This document shows positions 18,903 to 28,321 of a stretch of 64,000 nucleotides of DNA, one piece after another. The notes beneath the pieces were generated by a model that was not told the origin of the DNA, made no database searches, and saw only the letters and a list, made by a program, of their open reading frames with translations. Numbering within the stretch: position 1 is the first letter of the stretch; every line of letters starts with the position of its first letter. Made by a program: the position numbers and the translations under genes. The DNA is from Planctomycetota bacterium (lineage in GTDB: Bacteria > Planctomycetota > B15-G4): contig CBDFJQ010000002.1 of NCBI GenBank assembly GCA_965248575.1, positions 1,600,001-1,664,000 on the forward strand, given 5' to 3'.

Positions 18903-20042
18903 ATGCCCTGCTCCGCCGTGTACCGCAAGGACCTGAGATCTGCTCCGGCCCCGGCCTGGGCGCCGGTCCTCGTGGCCTTACTGGTCGGCCTGCTCTCGGC
19001 AGCTGCACCCGCTGCGACCATCGCTCGACGTCCCGCGCAGGACGCCGCCGTGGATTCGGAGTCGGCGTCGGCAGTCAACGCAGACCTCCCCCCTCTCCCA
19101 GCACTGGAAGACGGACAGGTCGCCCGCATCGAAGACCTCGTCGTCACGGACCTTGAGTACTTGCGCTACGTCGGCACCGTCTATGCGCGACAGGACGAGG
19201 GCGAGATCGCGTTCCAGCAGGTGCTCATCGAGCGCATCGTCTTCGAGGCCGCCGAACGTGCCGGCGTGTCCATCACGGAGGACGATGTCACCGAACTGGC
19301 CCTGCGCCTCGATGCCCGCGCGCGCGCCGAAACCGGGGGAGCCTCCGGGCTGCTCGAAAGCCTGGATGCAGATGAAGGAGTCGTGCGCGATTCCCTCGCC
19401 ATCCTGGCGTTGCAAGAGAAAGTGATCGCCGCCGAGTCAGGCGTCGAGCATCCGTCGGACGAGCAGCTGCGCGGCTGGATGGACGCTGCGCTGGCCGAGA
19501 TCCATGTACTCCCTGCCCCCTTGGACGACAAGATCGCCGCCCGCTGGCCAGCAGGTGAGATGACGCGCGTCGAGTTGGGGCGTCGCATCCATCGCCTGCT
19601 CGCACCTGAAGATCGCGGCGGCGTGCTCACGGAATTGCTCGGGGTGCTGTTGATCCGGGCCACCGCAGCGCAGCAGGGGATCGAACTGACTCCCGAAGCC
19701 GTGGCGGAGGAGGTCCAGCAACGTGAGCTGCTGGTCAGCGCGCGCGATGGAAACACCGGCGTGAGCTACGCCAACATCGTGGCCCAGCTCGACAAGCTCA
19801 GCCTGGAAGAGCTCGTGGCGACACCACGCTTCGGCGCCGAGGTCCTTCTGCGACTCATGGTTGAGAAGCAATGGACCCACGAGCAGCTTCAGGCCCTTTT
19901 CGAAGAGGAACGTGAGTTCTTCGAGAGTCGGCTGGGCCCGGATCTGAGCTTCGAGCAGGCCCTTCCTAGCGTGTGGCGCGAGGTGAGACAGCGCAGCTAT
20001 CGGCAGCTGTTCGCGGAAGGTAGGATCATCCGCCGCTTCTAA
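18903..20042 (+). CDS. Exported helical protein, possibly SurA/foldase N-terminal-like
   Basis: Signal-like hydrophobic segment; two internal repeats of the L..LI...A...G(V/I).(I/L)T...V type. Confidence 0.55.
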   Translation: MPCSAVYRKDLRSAPAPAWAPVLVALLVGLLSAAAPAATIARRPAQDAAVDSESASAVNADLPPLPALEDGQVARIEDLVVTDLEYLRYVGTVYARQDEGEIAFQQVLIERIVFEAAERAGVSITEDDVTELALRLDARARAETGGASGLLESLDADEGVVRDSLAILALQEKVIAAESGVEHPSDEQLRGWMDAALAEIHVLPAPLDDKIAARWPAGEMTRVELGRRIHRLLAPEDRGGVLTELLGVLLIRATAAQQGIELTPEAVAEEVQQRELLVSARDGNTGVSYANIVAQLDKLSLEELVATPRFGAEVLLRLMVEKQWTHEQLQALFEEEREFFESRLGPDLSFEQALPSVWREVRQRSYRQLFAEGRIIRRF

Positions 20043-20089
20043 GCGGTCTTCCGCTTCACCTTCCTGCCTCGACACGAGCACGCATCCTC

Positions 20090-20416
20090 ATGTTCATCGG
20101 CAAAGTCGTCGGCACCGTGGTCTCCACCATGAAGGACGAAAAGGTGGCCAACCTGAAGTTCCAGGTGGTCCAGGAGCTGGACGAGAAAGGTGAGTTGCGG
20201 GAGAAGTACGTCGTCGCGGCCGACACCATCGGTGCGGGCCAGGGCGACCTGGTGTTGTTCTCTCAAGGCAGCTCTGCCCGGCAGACGACGCTCACCGATG
20301 GGCGCCCCATCGACGCCGCCATCTTCGCCATCATCGACAGCTGGGATGTGGAAGGCGAACTCGTCTACCAGAAGGAAGGCCTAGAGACGACGACCTACGA
20401 CCCCGCGGAGAGCTGA
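20090..20416 (+). CDS. BMC vertex (pentamer) protein, EutN/CcmL family
   Basis: MFIGKVVGTVVST.K, AADTIGAGQGDLVL, GSSAR, PIDAAI..IID. Confidence 0.92.
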   Translation: MFIGKVVGTVVSTMKDEKVANLKFQVVQELDEKGELREKYVVAADTIGAGQGDLVLFSQGSSARQTTLTDGRPIDAAIFAIIDSWDVEGELVYQKEGLETTTYDPAES

Positions 20417-20419
20417 GCC

Positions 20420-20719
20420 GTGTACCTCGCCCGCGTCATCGGCCGTGTCGTCGCCACCCAGCACATCCAGGGCCTCAGCGGCGAGAAGCTGCTCATTGTG
20501 AGGCCCGTCGATGAACGGGGCGAAGGGGCTGGGGAAACCCTCGTGGCCTGCGATGTCGCCCACTCCGGCCTCGGCGACCTGGTGCATGTGTGCGATGGGC
20601 GCGAATCGACGTTGGCACTCGATGAGCACTACGTGCCTGTGGACGCCACCATTGTGGGGCATGTGGAGCAGTTCGACACGCCGGGCGACAGCCAGGCCAC
20701 GGTCGAGGAGCCCACATGA
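20420..20719 (+). CDS. BMC vertex protein, EutN/CcmL family
   Basis: MYLARVIGRVVAT, LSGEKLLIV, GDLV...GRES, PVDATIVG. Confidence 0.9.
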   Translation: MYLARVIGRVVATQHIQGLSGEKLLIVRPVDERGEGAGETLVACDVAHSGLGDLVHVCDGRESTLALDEHYVPVDATIVGHVEQFDTPGDSQATVEEPT

Positions 20720-21465
20720 CTGCCCTGCTCGAGGTCTCCGAACTCAGCTATCGCTACGGCGAACGTATCGCCGTCGACGGAATCTCCCTTGCGGTTCAGC
20801 GCGCTGAGGTGCTGGGCTTGTTGGGCCCTAATGGCGCCGGCAAGACGACGGCCATCAGTTGTCTTTGCGGCTTGCTACCCCCCGCTTCAGGCTCGCTGCA
20901 ATTCGATGGGCGAAGCTTCACCCCGCACGAGACGCCGGGCCATCGAGGCCTGATCGGCGTCGTCCCCCAGGAACTCGCTCTCTACGACCGCCTCTCGGCG
21001 CGCGAGAACCTCGTGTTTTTCGCGCGGCTTCAAGGCTACCCCGACCCGCAGGGCGCCGCCGAAGACGGCCTGCGCCTCGCGGCGCTCGAGAACCGCGCCG
21101 ACGAGCGGGTAAAGACCTTCTCTGGAGGCATGAAGCGTCGCTTGAACCTCGCAGTCGGGTCGCTGGGCCAACCGGAGCTCACGCTCCTGGACGAGCCCAT
21201 GGTGGGCGTCGACCCCCAATCGCGGAACCACATCTTTGACAGCATCGAGCGCTTACGCAGCGAAGGCCGCGCGGTGATCTACACCTCGCACTCCATGGAC
21301 GAGGTGGAGCGCCTCGCGGACCGCATCGCCATCATGGATGGCGGCAAACTCGTGGCCATCGGCACGGCTGCCGAGTTGGCCGAGCACGCTGGCCTGCCCG
21401 GCGCCAATCTCGAGCGCACTTTCCTGGAGCTCACCGGGCGCACCCTGCGGGACGAAGGCTCATGA
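20716..21465 (+). CDS. ABC-2 type exporter ATP-binding subunit
   Basis: GPNGAGKT, FSGGMKRR, LLDEP, SH motif. Confidence 0.92.
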   Translation: MTALLEVSELSYRYGERIAVDGISLAVQRAEVLGLLGPNGAGKTTAISCLCGLLPPASGSLQFDGRSFTPHETPGHRGLIGVVPQELALYDRLSARENLVFFARLQGYPDPQGAAEDGLRLAALENRADERVKTFSGGMKRRLNLAVGSLGQPELTLLDEPMVGVDPQSRNHIFDSIERLRSEGRAVIYTSHSMDEVERLADRIAIMDGGKLVAIGTAAELAEHAGLPGANLERTFLELTGRTLRDEGS

Positions 21466-22889
21466 GTGCCTCCCCCGACGCGCACGACGCCAAGACGAGA
21501 ACGCAGCCTGTGCTGCGCACGGCGCTGTATCTGCTGGCCAAGGACCTGCGCCTGTTTGTACGCGACCGGGTCGCCTTGATGCTCGCCGTGCTCCTGCCCA
21601 TCGTGTTGGTGACGGTCTTCGGTTCCATCATGTCAGGCATGGGAGGCGACGACGAAGGCGGCGGCATGCCCACGGTGGAGGTTGCCCTGCTCGACCTCGA
21701 CGACAGCGAGGCGTCTCGGGAATTCGTCGAGGCCCTCGGCAGCATGGACGGCATCTCGCTCTTGGTGATGCATCCCGACGCGCCACGGGAAGAACTCGTA
21801 TCCATCGTGAACGACGGCGAGCGTCCGTTCAGCATCGTCTTGCCCCCGGGCTTTGGCGAGGGCGATGACTTGCAGTTGATCCGCGACCCCGGTCGCGCCA
21901 TGAGCCAGCAACTCCTGACCATCGCACTGGTGCGTGCGCTGTTCGAAACCCGGGGAGAAGATGTGCTCTGGGACCTCCAGCGACGAGGGCTGGAGGCAGC
22001 GGGCATCCCGCCGGAGTGGGCCGAGCGGGTGGAGTCCTTCACCAAGCCCTTCCGCTATGCCATGGAGAGGATGTTCCAGGAAGCCGGCGATCAGGGCTTG
22101 CTGAAAGGCAGCGGCGACTCGGACAGCGCCGCATCAACTGGGGGCGAGGCCGTCGACCAAGACGGCGCCCAGAACGTGAGCACGGCGCCTGACTTCAGCA
22201 AGATCGTCAACGCCATGCTGCCGGTTCAGTTCCAGGATGTCGTGCCGAGCGGACGTCAGGAGAACATGACGTACATGATCGCCCATGCCGTGTCGGGCAT
22301 GACGGTCATGATGCTGATGTTCAGCCTGGTCGGCTTCGCGCGCACGCTGCTGGAAGAGCGGGATGACGGCACCCTGCGCCGCCTCCTGTGTGCCCCCATC
22401 GCGCCGAGCACCATCTTGCTGGGCAAGTTCCTGGGTGCCTTGGTGGTGGGCATTGGCCTGACCTGTGTCTTGTTCCTCCACTCCTGGGTCATGTTCGACC
22501 TCGATGTGCTGCAGTACTGGGACAGTGTCCTGGTCGTCTCCATCATGACGGCGGCTTGCACCTCGGGCTTTGCGCTGCTCATCGCGTCGGTGGCCACCTC
22601 GGACAAGCAGGCTGACGGTCTCTCGACCATCCTGATCCTGACCATGTCCGCCCTGGGTGGCGCCTGGGTGCCATTGATGCTGATGCCCTCTGCCATCCAG
22701 ACGGCCGCGCGCTTCACCTTGCCCTTCTGGTCCATCGACGCGTACCAGCGCATCTTCTGGAACGGTCTGCACTGGACCGAACCCGGGATCCTCACGAACC
22801 TCGGAGTGCTGCTGGGCTTGACCGTCGCCCTGTGCGCCGTGGCCCATGCCCTCTTCCGCCGCCGCTATCTGCGAGCCCCCAACTCATGA
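21462..22889 (+). CDS. ABC-2 type exporter permease
   Basis: TM1, large extracytoplasmic loop, EERDDGTLRRL..AP...GK, five further TM helices. Confidence 0.88.
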   Translation: MSASPDAHDAKTRTQPVLRTALYLLAKDLRLFVRDRVALMLAVLLPIVLVTVFGSIMSGMGGDDEGGGMPTVEVALLDLDDSEASREFVEALGSMDGISLLVMHPDAPREELVSIVNDGERPFSIVLPPGFGEGDDLQLIRDPGRAMSQQLLTIALVRALFETRGEDVLWDLQRRGLEAAGIPPEWAERVESFTKPFRYAMERMFQEAGDQGLLKGSGDSDSAASTGGEAVDQDGAQNVSTAPDFSKIVNAMLPVQFQDVVPSGRQENMTYMIAHAVSGMTVMMLMFSLVGFARTLLEERDDGTLRRLLCAPIAPSTILLGKFLGALVVGIGLTCVLFLHSWVMFDLDVLQYWDSVLVVSIMTAACTSGFALLIASVATSDKQADGLSTILILTMSALGGAWVPLMLMPSAIQTAARFTLPFWSIDAYQRIFWNGLHWTEPGILTNLGVLLGLTVALCAVAHALFRRRYLRAPNS

Positions 22890-23185
22890 AGATCGGAAGA
22901 GTCATCGGGACGGTGGTCACGCCCGTGAGCCACCCGGCGTACGACGGCAAACGCCTGTTGGCTGTGCGCCCCGTGGCACCCGACCTCAGCCCCACGAAGG
23001 ACCGCATGTTCACGGCCGTGGACCGCTGTCAGGCGGGCGTCGGCGATGTGGTCCTGCTCATGGCTGAGGGCAGCTCCGTGCGGGACGTCCTGGGTGAGGC
23101 CGAGGCGCCTATTCGCACGGCAGTCGTAGGCATCATCGATGAAATCTGCATGCATGGAACCGTGGTCTACCCCGCTCCTGCCTGA
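22886..23185 (+). CDS. BMC vertex protein, EutN/CcmL family
   Basis: MKIGRVIGTVV, AVDRCQAGVGDVVL, EGSSVR, PIRTAVVGIID. ATGA overlap with the permease stop. Confidence 0.9.
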   Translation: MKIGRVIGTVVTPVSHPAYDGKRLLAVRPVAPDLSPTKDRMFTAVDRCQAGVGDVVLLMAEGSSVRDVLGEAEAPIRTAVVGIIDEICMHGTVVYPAPA

Positions 23186-23227
23186 CGCCCCTGTTCGCAC
23201 GCCCGGCCTCCCGCTACCATTCGCGCC

Positions 23228-24085
23228 ATGAACAACCCCTCGCCCGGCATCGACGACCTGCGCCCCTGCGGCCCCACACCGGCCGTGGACCCCGCGCTCG
23301 AAGGCAAGCCCATCGGCGTCACGCCCTGGACGGCGCCGGCCTCCGGCCCGGTGCGCCATGAGGTCCTCACCCAGGCCTCGGCTGACGACAAAGCGGCACT
23401 TGCTCAGCAGATCTGCGACGTGATGCGCATGCTCTACAAGGCCGAGATGGTCGTGGCCAACGACGGCAACGTGAGCGCGCGTCTGCCCAACGGCAACATC
23501 ATGATCACGGCCTCGGGGGTCCTGAAAGGCTTCATGACGCCAGACCAGGTCATCGAGTGCGACCCGCAGGGCAACTCGCTGGACGGGCGGCAGGTGACGA
23601 CGGAAGTGAAGATGCATGTGGCGGCCTATCAGGAGCGCCCGGATGTGCGCTCCGTGGTGCACGCCCACCCGATCTACGCCACCGCCTTCTCGCTGGCGGG
23701 CATCTCCCTGGCAGAGTGCACGATCCCCGAGATCATCGTCACCATGGGCACCATCCCCACGGCGCCCTATGCCACGCCCTCCACCCATGACTTGCCGGAT
23801 GGCTTGCGGCCGCACCTGGCCAGGGGTGACGCCGTGATCATGGAGCGGCACGGCGTGGTCTGCGTGGGCAGCGACCTGATCGACGCCTACAAGAAGATGG
23901 AGATGGTCGAGCACACGGCCAAGATCACCCACGTCGCCCGCACCCTGGGCACCGTGAAACCCATCGCCCCTCCCGGCGTGAAGAAGCTGCTCGAGACTCG
24001 CAAGAAGCTGGGCATCGAGACCAAGAACAGCCTCTGCGAAGGCTGCGGAGCCCGAGAAGTCTGCGCCGCCCCGATCTTCCCCTAG
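23228..24085 (+). CDS. Class II aldolase/adducin family protein (fuculose/rhamnulose-phosphate aldolase-like)
   Basis: DGNVSAR, TTEVKMH, VVHAHP, ERHG Zn ligands. Confidence 0.9.
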   Translation: MNNPSPGIDDLRPCGPTPAVDPALEGKPIGVTPWTAPASGPVRHEVLTQASADDKAALAQQICDVMRMLYKAEMVVANDGNVSARLPNGNIMITASGVLKGFMTPDQVIECDPQGNSLDGRQVTTEVKMHVAAYQERPDVRSVVHAHPIYATAFSLAGISLAECTIPEIIVTMGTIPTAPYATPSTHDLPDGLRPHLARGDAVIMERHGVVCVGSDLIDAYKKMEMVEHTAKITHVARTLGTVKPIAPPGVKKLLETRKKLGIETKNSLCEGCGAREVCAAPIFP

Positions 24086-24209
24086 GCGACTAGCAGGGCG
24101 ATAGACGCCCGCGCCAGCTGCGCCCCCCCATATCAGGCTGTCGCGCAGCCCTACCCATCTCTCTCCCCAAGCCCGGACGTCCTGCGAAGCAGGCGACCAC
24201 CACCGAGCA

Positions 24210-24313
24210 GGGGGGCGTGATTTTCGGGCACCTGGTCTGCGGCGAGTTCTTGAGGCGTCTGTTCGCCTCGTTGTCTGAGAAGCAGACCTGGTGCCCGAAA
24301 ATCAGCACCCCCC
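24210..24313. repeat. ~100-bp palindromic element (long inverted repeat with inner hairpin) between convergent genes
   Basis: TGATTTTCGGGCACCTGGTCTGC (24218-24240) pairs with GCAGACCTGGTGCCCGAAAATCA (24282-24304) with one mismatch, flanked by G6/C6 runs. Confidence 0.8.
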
Positions 24314-24353
24314 GGCACGCCCGAACTCAGCGTGCAATCTGTAGCGCAGCCTC

Positions 24354-25331
24354 CTAGGGCGCCGTCGCGCGCACGCCGTTGGACAGGGTGATGTCGTGCA
24401 GTGTCGTCAGGTCCTGGCACAAGAATTGGAACGTGAACTGTGTGCCCGAGGCCACTGCAGGAAGCGGCGTCACGCCCGAGACGGTTCCCGCTCCGCTGGT
24501 AAAGACCGCGATCTGTGCGTTGTTCGGGAACGCGTGAACCGTGCCGCCCAAAGCTGCGAAAGGGCTCGGAGCCAAGGCGATCCAGAGCAGCGAGAGTTCA
24601 CTGCTTGGCCCGTTGGTCAGGGACACGCCGATCACCGAGTTGGCGGTGAGCGATCCCAGGCCCTCCAAGGTGGGCTGCCCGTTGATGCCCACCGTTCCGC
24701 CTCCCAGGTCTTCCCAGGGATCCACGGTGGTGATGCGCATGTTGTCGGCGCCGACGGTCCACTGGTCGAAGATGTAGAAGAAGTCGGGATTGCCGTAGAA
24801 GAAGTTCACCTGGGTCACGCCCGTCATCACGAAGTTCCAGGCGGCATCCGGGTCGGTGCACGTACCGAAGGTGGCCCAGCCGCTGGGCATGGTCGGGCTG
24901 TGCGGGTCAAAGCTGTAGTCGAAGGAAACCCAGCCCGTGCCCGGCTGCGGCACCATCTCGGTGCCGAGGAAGAAGACCGAGCAGTTCTCGCGGGTGAGCA
25001 TCAAGGTTGCTTCGCGCGCGGCGGGGAAGTTGAGGCTGAAGGTGTTGAGGTCGACTCCCACGCTCGTGACATTCTTCGTGCGGTAGTTGCCCGTGAAGGC
25101 CGACGGGCCGGAGCTGCGCAGTTGCGGGGCGAAGGTGTCGACCAGGGTCCTGAGATAATCGTCGGGGTTGCCGCCGCTGGTCGGGAAGGTCGAGGGTGGG
25201 CCATACGACCAGCCGGCGTTGTTGACGCCACCCACGAAGGTCTCGACCACCGTTCCACCGCCAGCCAAGGCAGCAGACGCGAGCAGGGCACACGCGGTAA
25301 GGGTTCGGGCAAACAGGGGAAAACGGAGCAT
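24354..25331 (-). CDS. Secreted beta-rich protein with distinct C-terminal domain
   Basis: Signal peptide MLRFPLFARTLTACALLASAALA; C-terminal WEDLGGG...GQPTL.G.G.L...SNG module. Confidence 0.7.
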   Translation of the reverse strand: MLRFPLFARTLTACALLASAALAGGGTVVETFVGGVNNAGWSYGPPSTFPTSGGNPDDYLRTLVDTFAPQLRSSGPSAFTGNYRTKNVTSVGVDLNTFSLNFPAAREATLMLTRENCSVFFLGTEMVPQPGTGWVSFDYSFDPHSPTMPSGWATFGTCTDPDAAWNFVMTGVTQVNFFYGNPDFFYIFDQWTVGADNMRITTVDPWEDLGGGTVGINGQPTLEGLGSLTANSVIGVSLTNGPSSELSLLWIALAPSPFAALGGTVHAFPNNAQIAVFTSGAGTVSGVTPLPAVASGTQFTFQFLCQDLTTLHDITLSNGVRATAP

Positions 25332-25506
25332 GGTGGACATCCGGGGCAGAGGACTGAGAGTGCAGGGCCAACCAGGAGCGGGCCCGCGCGAAAGCAGACG
25401 AAAACACAGGATTCGAAGCCCGTCAATTTGTTTCCAGGAGACTTCCAGGATATCTGCTAGGATTTCACGATGATCGACCCCGCGCACGCGCCGCAGAATG
25501 CTCCCC

Positions 25507-26793
25507 ATGACTGAACCTGCCCCCCAGGATTCCTCGGCCTCGGCACCCGAATCCGGCAAGGCTGGCGCCGAGCCAAGCCCCTCGGCCGGGGATCTCGAGC
25601 CACGCATCGCGGCCATCGGGACGGAGCTCCGGGACACCCTGCTCGAGGTCCTGGAGCAGCTGCCGGCCTCGGGCCCCCAACCCCTCGCGACCCGCCTTGG
25701 CCTGAACAAGGTCCTCACGAGCCGCCTGCTCAAGGCCGTCCGTACCCGGGACCCCATGGCCATGGTGTTCCACTGCCCGGGGCCCGCCCCCCTGCAGCGT
25801 TTTCTCAAGGCGGCGCGTCGCGTGGGCGTCAGCTTGCCGGTGCTCCAGCCCGCGGAAGCTGCGGTCGAGGCCTTCGCCAGGCTCGTGCGGGATGAGATTG
25901 GCGACAGGAGCGCGCTGAACGCCTTGATCAGCGCTTGGCTGCCCGACGCACGTTCGGAATTCGAGCTGCGTCAGAAGCAGGCGGCCTTCCGGGCCCTGAG
26001 CCAGCTGCGCGGGGCGGCCGCCGCCATGAACATCGCCACGGTGCTCCTGCACCCGAGCGCCGACGGCAAGCACCTCGACGTGGTCTGGATCTTTGGCTTG
26101 CTCTCCCTGCAACGCCTGCGCCCCGGTGTCCCAGTGAAGTTCTCCACGCGACGGCTGCTGAGCGCTACGGATAAACCACGCCACCCCACCACCCTGGATG
26201 GCACGACGCTCACCGACCTCGACGATGTCGGGACCCTGCGTCTGGACGAGTTCTGTGACTCACCGCCGGCGCTCGTCGACGTGCATCGCTCGGGCGAGAG
26301 CGTCCACTACGTCCTGGGCGGCGACGCCTACGGACCCAGCAGCGCCGTCGACCTGCTCATGGCCGAAGCAAACCTCGGTGAGATGCCGCGCTACATCCCC
26401 GAGGGGAGCGGGCGCAAGGGCTACGTCTTCGCTGAGGTCGGCACACCGGCCCGAAGCCTGCTGTTCGACGTGCTCATCCATCCGGACGTCTACCCGGGCT
26501 CCACCCCCAGCCTGCTGCTCTACGACACCGCGCTGGACGGCGTCGCCGACGTGAATGATCCCAGCCGGGACATCGACCGCATGGAGCTCACCGAGTCCAT
26601 CCAGCACCTGGGTCGTGGCAGCTCCATGTACCGCTTGGCAGGCGTCCCTCATTACGTCGCCATGCTGCGACACGTCACCGAGCGCATGGGCTGGGACGCC
26701 GATGAGTTCGCCGGCTATCGCTGCTGCATCGACTATCCGGTGTACGGCAGCCAGGTGGTCATGGCGTTCGACCCGCCAAACGACCCCGACTGA
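25507..26793 (+). CDS. Hypothetical protein with N-terminal HTH-like segment, probable regulator
   Basis: PQPLATRLGLNKVLTSRLLKA resembles an HTH; divergent from the secreted protein gene. Confidence 0.6.
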   Translation: MTEPAPQDSSASAPESGKAGAEPSPSAGDLEPRIAAIGTELRDTLLEVLEQLPASGPQPLATRLGLNKVLTSRLLKAVRTRDPMAMVFHCPGPAPLQRFLKAARRVGVSLPVLQPAEAAVEAFARLVRDEIGDRSALNALISAWLPDARSEFELRQKQAAFRALSQLRGAAAAMNIATVLLHPSADGKHLDVVWIFGLLSLQRLRPGVPVKFSTRRLLSATDKPRHPTTLDGTTLTDLDDVGTLRLDEFCDSPPALVDVHRSGESVHYVLGGDAYGPSSAVDLLMAEANLGEMPRYIPEGSGRKGYVFAEVGTPARSLLFDVLIHPDVYPGSTPSLLLYDTALDGVADVNDPSRDIDRMELTESIQHLGRGSSMYRLAGVPHYVAMLRHVTERMGWDADEFAGYRCCIDYPVYGSQVVMAFDPPNDPD

Positions 26794-26819
26794 GCGGTCA
26801 CCCGTGCGTCAGCGGGGCG

Positions 26820-28205
26820 TCAGCTCACGCTGTACTTCGGGTTGCTCTGCAGGCTGCCTTCCACCCGTGCACGCTCTGCTTCGAAACCTGGGCGTCCCAT
26901 GAGCCCGTAGGTCGCTACCTTGCCGGCCTCGACACCCGGCTGATCGAAGGCGTCGATCCCGTAGAGCTCCCCACCGTAGGCCGTGGCCATCATGGACCAC
27001 ATGAGGAACTCGCCCACCGAGTGAGCATCCACCTCGGGCAGCGTGATCACGGCGTGGGGACAGCCGGCATCGCTGAGAGCCAGCTGCGTCGCCCTGCATT
27101 CGGCGTCCAGCAGCTGCCCGAAGGTCTTGCCGGAGAGGTACTCCAACTCGTCCAGTCCGTCGGGGGCAGTCGGGATCAGCAGGTCGTCCTTGTGCTCCAG
27201 GACGCGCATGAAGGTGTACGCCTTGTCGCGCGGCCCCTGGGCGAACAACTGCACCTGGCTGTGCTGATCCGTGGCACCCACCGCGCCATGGGGCAAGGGC
27301 CCGACGCGCTGGCCGTCGGCGTTGAGCTTGCCGAGGCTCTCGGCCACGAGCTGCACGTTCCAATCCACCAGCAAGCGCAGCCGGTGGCTGTAGGGAAAGA
27401 GTACCTGCGTGTGCACGCCGCAGCGGGTGTCGAGCAGGTGGTGACAGGCGGCCCACACGGCGGCGGGGTTGCTTGAGAACTCGTCCCCGAAGCAACGATC
27501 GCGTGCCGCGGCCGCCCCTTCGAGCAGACGCGGAAGGTCCCAGCCCATGAGCGCGCCCGGAACGAGCCCCACCGGTGACAAGACGCTGAAGCGGCCACCG
27601 ACATTGCCGGGCACGGTGAAGGCCGTCAGCTCATGCGCTCTCGCGAAGGGGCGCAAGAAGCCGCTCTCGGCATCGGTGGTCACCACGACATGCTCACGCC
27701 AACGATCCCCGACGCTGGACTTCAAGGCCTCGAGGAAGAGCAGGAACTGACTCATGGTCTCAGCTGTCGAGCCCGACTTGCTGATGACGTTGAACAGGGT
27801 GGTGGCCGGGTTCACGGCCCGCATCACGCCGCCCACGAGCACTGGGTCCACATTGTCGACCACGAAGAGGCGCGGTCGACGCTGTGGGCCGCGGGTGTCG
27901 TGCATGGCCCGGGAGAGCGCGGCATGCAAGGCTTGCGTCCCCAGTGCCGAACCACCGATCCCCATCACCACCACGTTCTCGAAGCGCCCTTCGAGGCCGG
28001 CAGCGAACTGCTGGCAGGCCTCCATCGTCTGGGTGTCGTCCGGCAGGTTGAAGAAGCCCAGCTGACCTGAGTCCCGCTTCTGCTTCAGGGCGGCCAGATG
28101 CTGGGCGTGCTTGCCTGCAGCCAGTTCGAGTTGGGAGGGATCGACGCCCACGTCACCTTGGGGGCCGCCGGACACAAAACCGCTGTAATCGAGTGAGAGG
28201 CTCAT
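26820..28205 (-). CDS. pgi: Glucose-6-phosphate isomerase
   Basis: GIGGSALG, ISKSGSTAET, VGGRFSVLS, QLVAESLGK, DQHS, FDQPGVEAGK. Confidence 0.95.
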   Translation of the reverse strand: MSLSLDYSGFVSGGPQGDVGVDPSQLELAAGKHAQHLAALKQKRDSGQLGFFNLPDDTQTMEACQQFAAGLEGRFENVVVMGIGGSALGTQALHAALSRAMHDTRGPQRRPRLFVVDNVDPVLVGGVMRAVNPATTLFNVISKSGSTAETMSQFLLFLEALKSSVGDRWREHVVVTTDAESGFLRPFARAHELTAFTVPGNVGGRFSVLSPVGLVPGALMGWDLPRLLEGAAAARDRCFGDEFSSNPAAVWAACHHLLDTRCGVHTQVLFPYSHRLRLLVDWNVQLVAESLGKLNADGQRVGPLPHGAVGATDQHSQVQLFAQGPRDKAYTFMRVLEHKDDLLIPTAPDGLDELEYLSGKTFGQLLDAECRATQLALSDAGCPHAVITLPEVDAHSVGEFLMWSMMATAYGGELYGIDAFDQPGVEAGKVATYGLMGRPGFEAERARVEGSLQSNPKYSVS

Positions 28206-28321
28206 GCGCCGTTTATGACACACACCTCGAGGCGAACGAAGTGCGGAGCTGAGGCCAAGCCAGGGAAGCGCCACCGTTCCCGGGCCCGCGGAGCACCGGG
28301 ACAGCGGGTACCATCCGCAGC

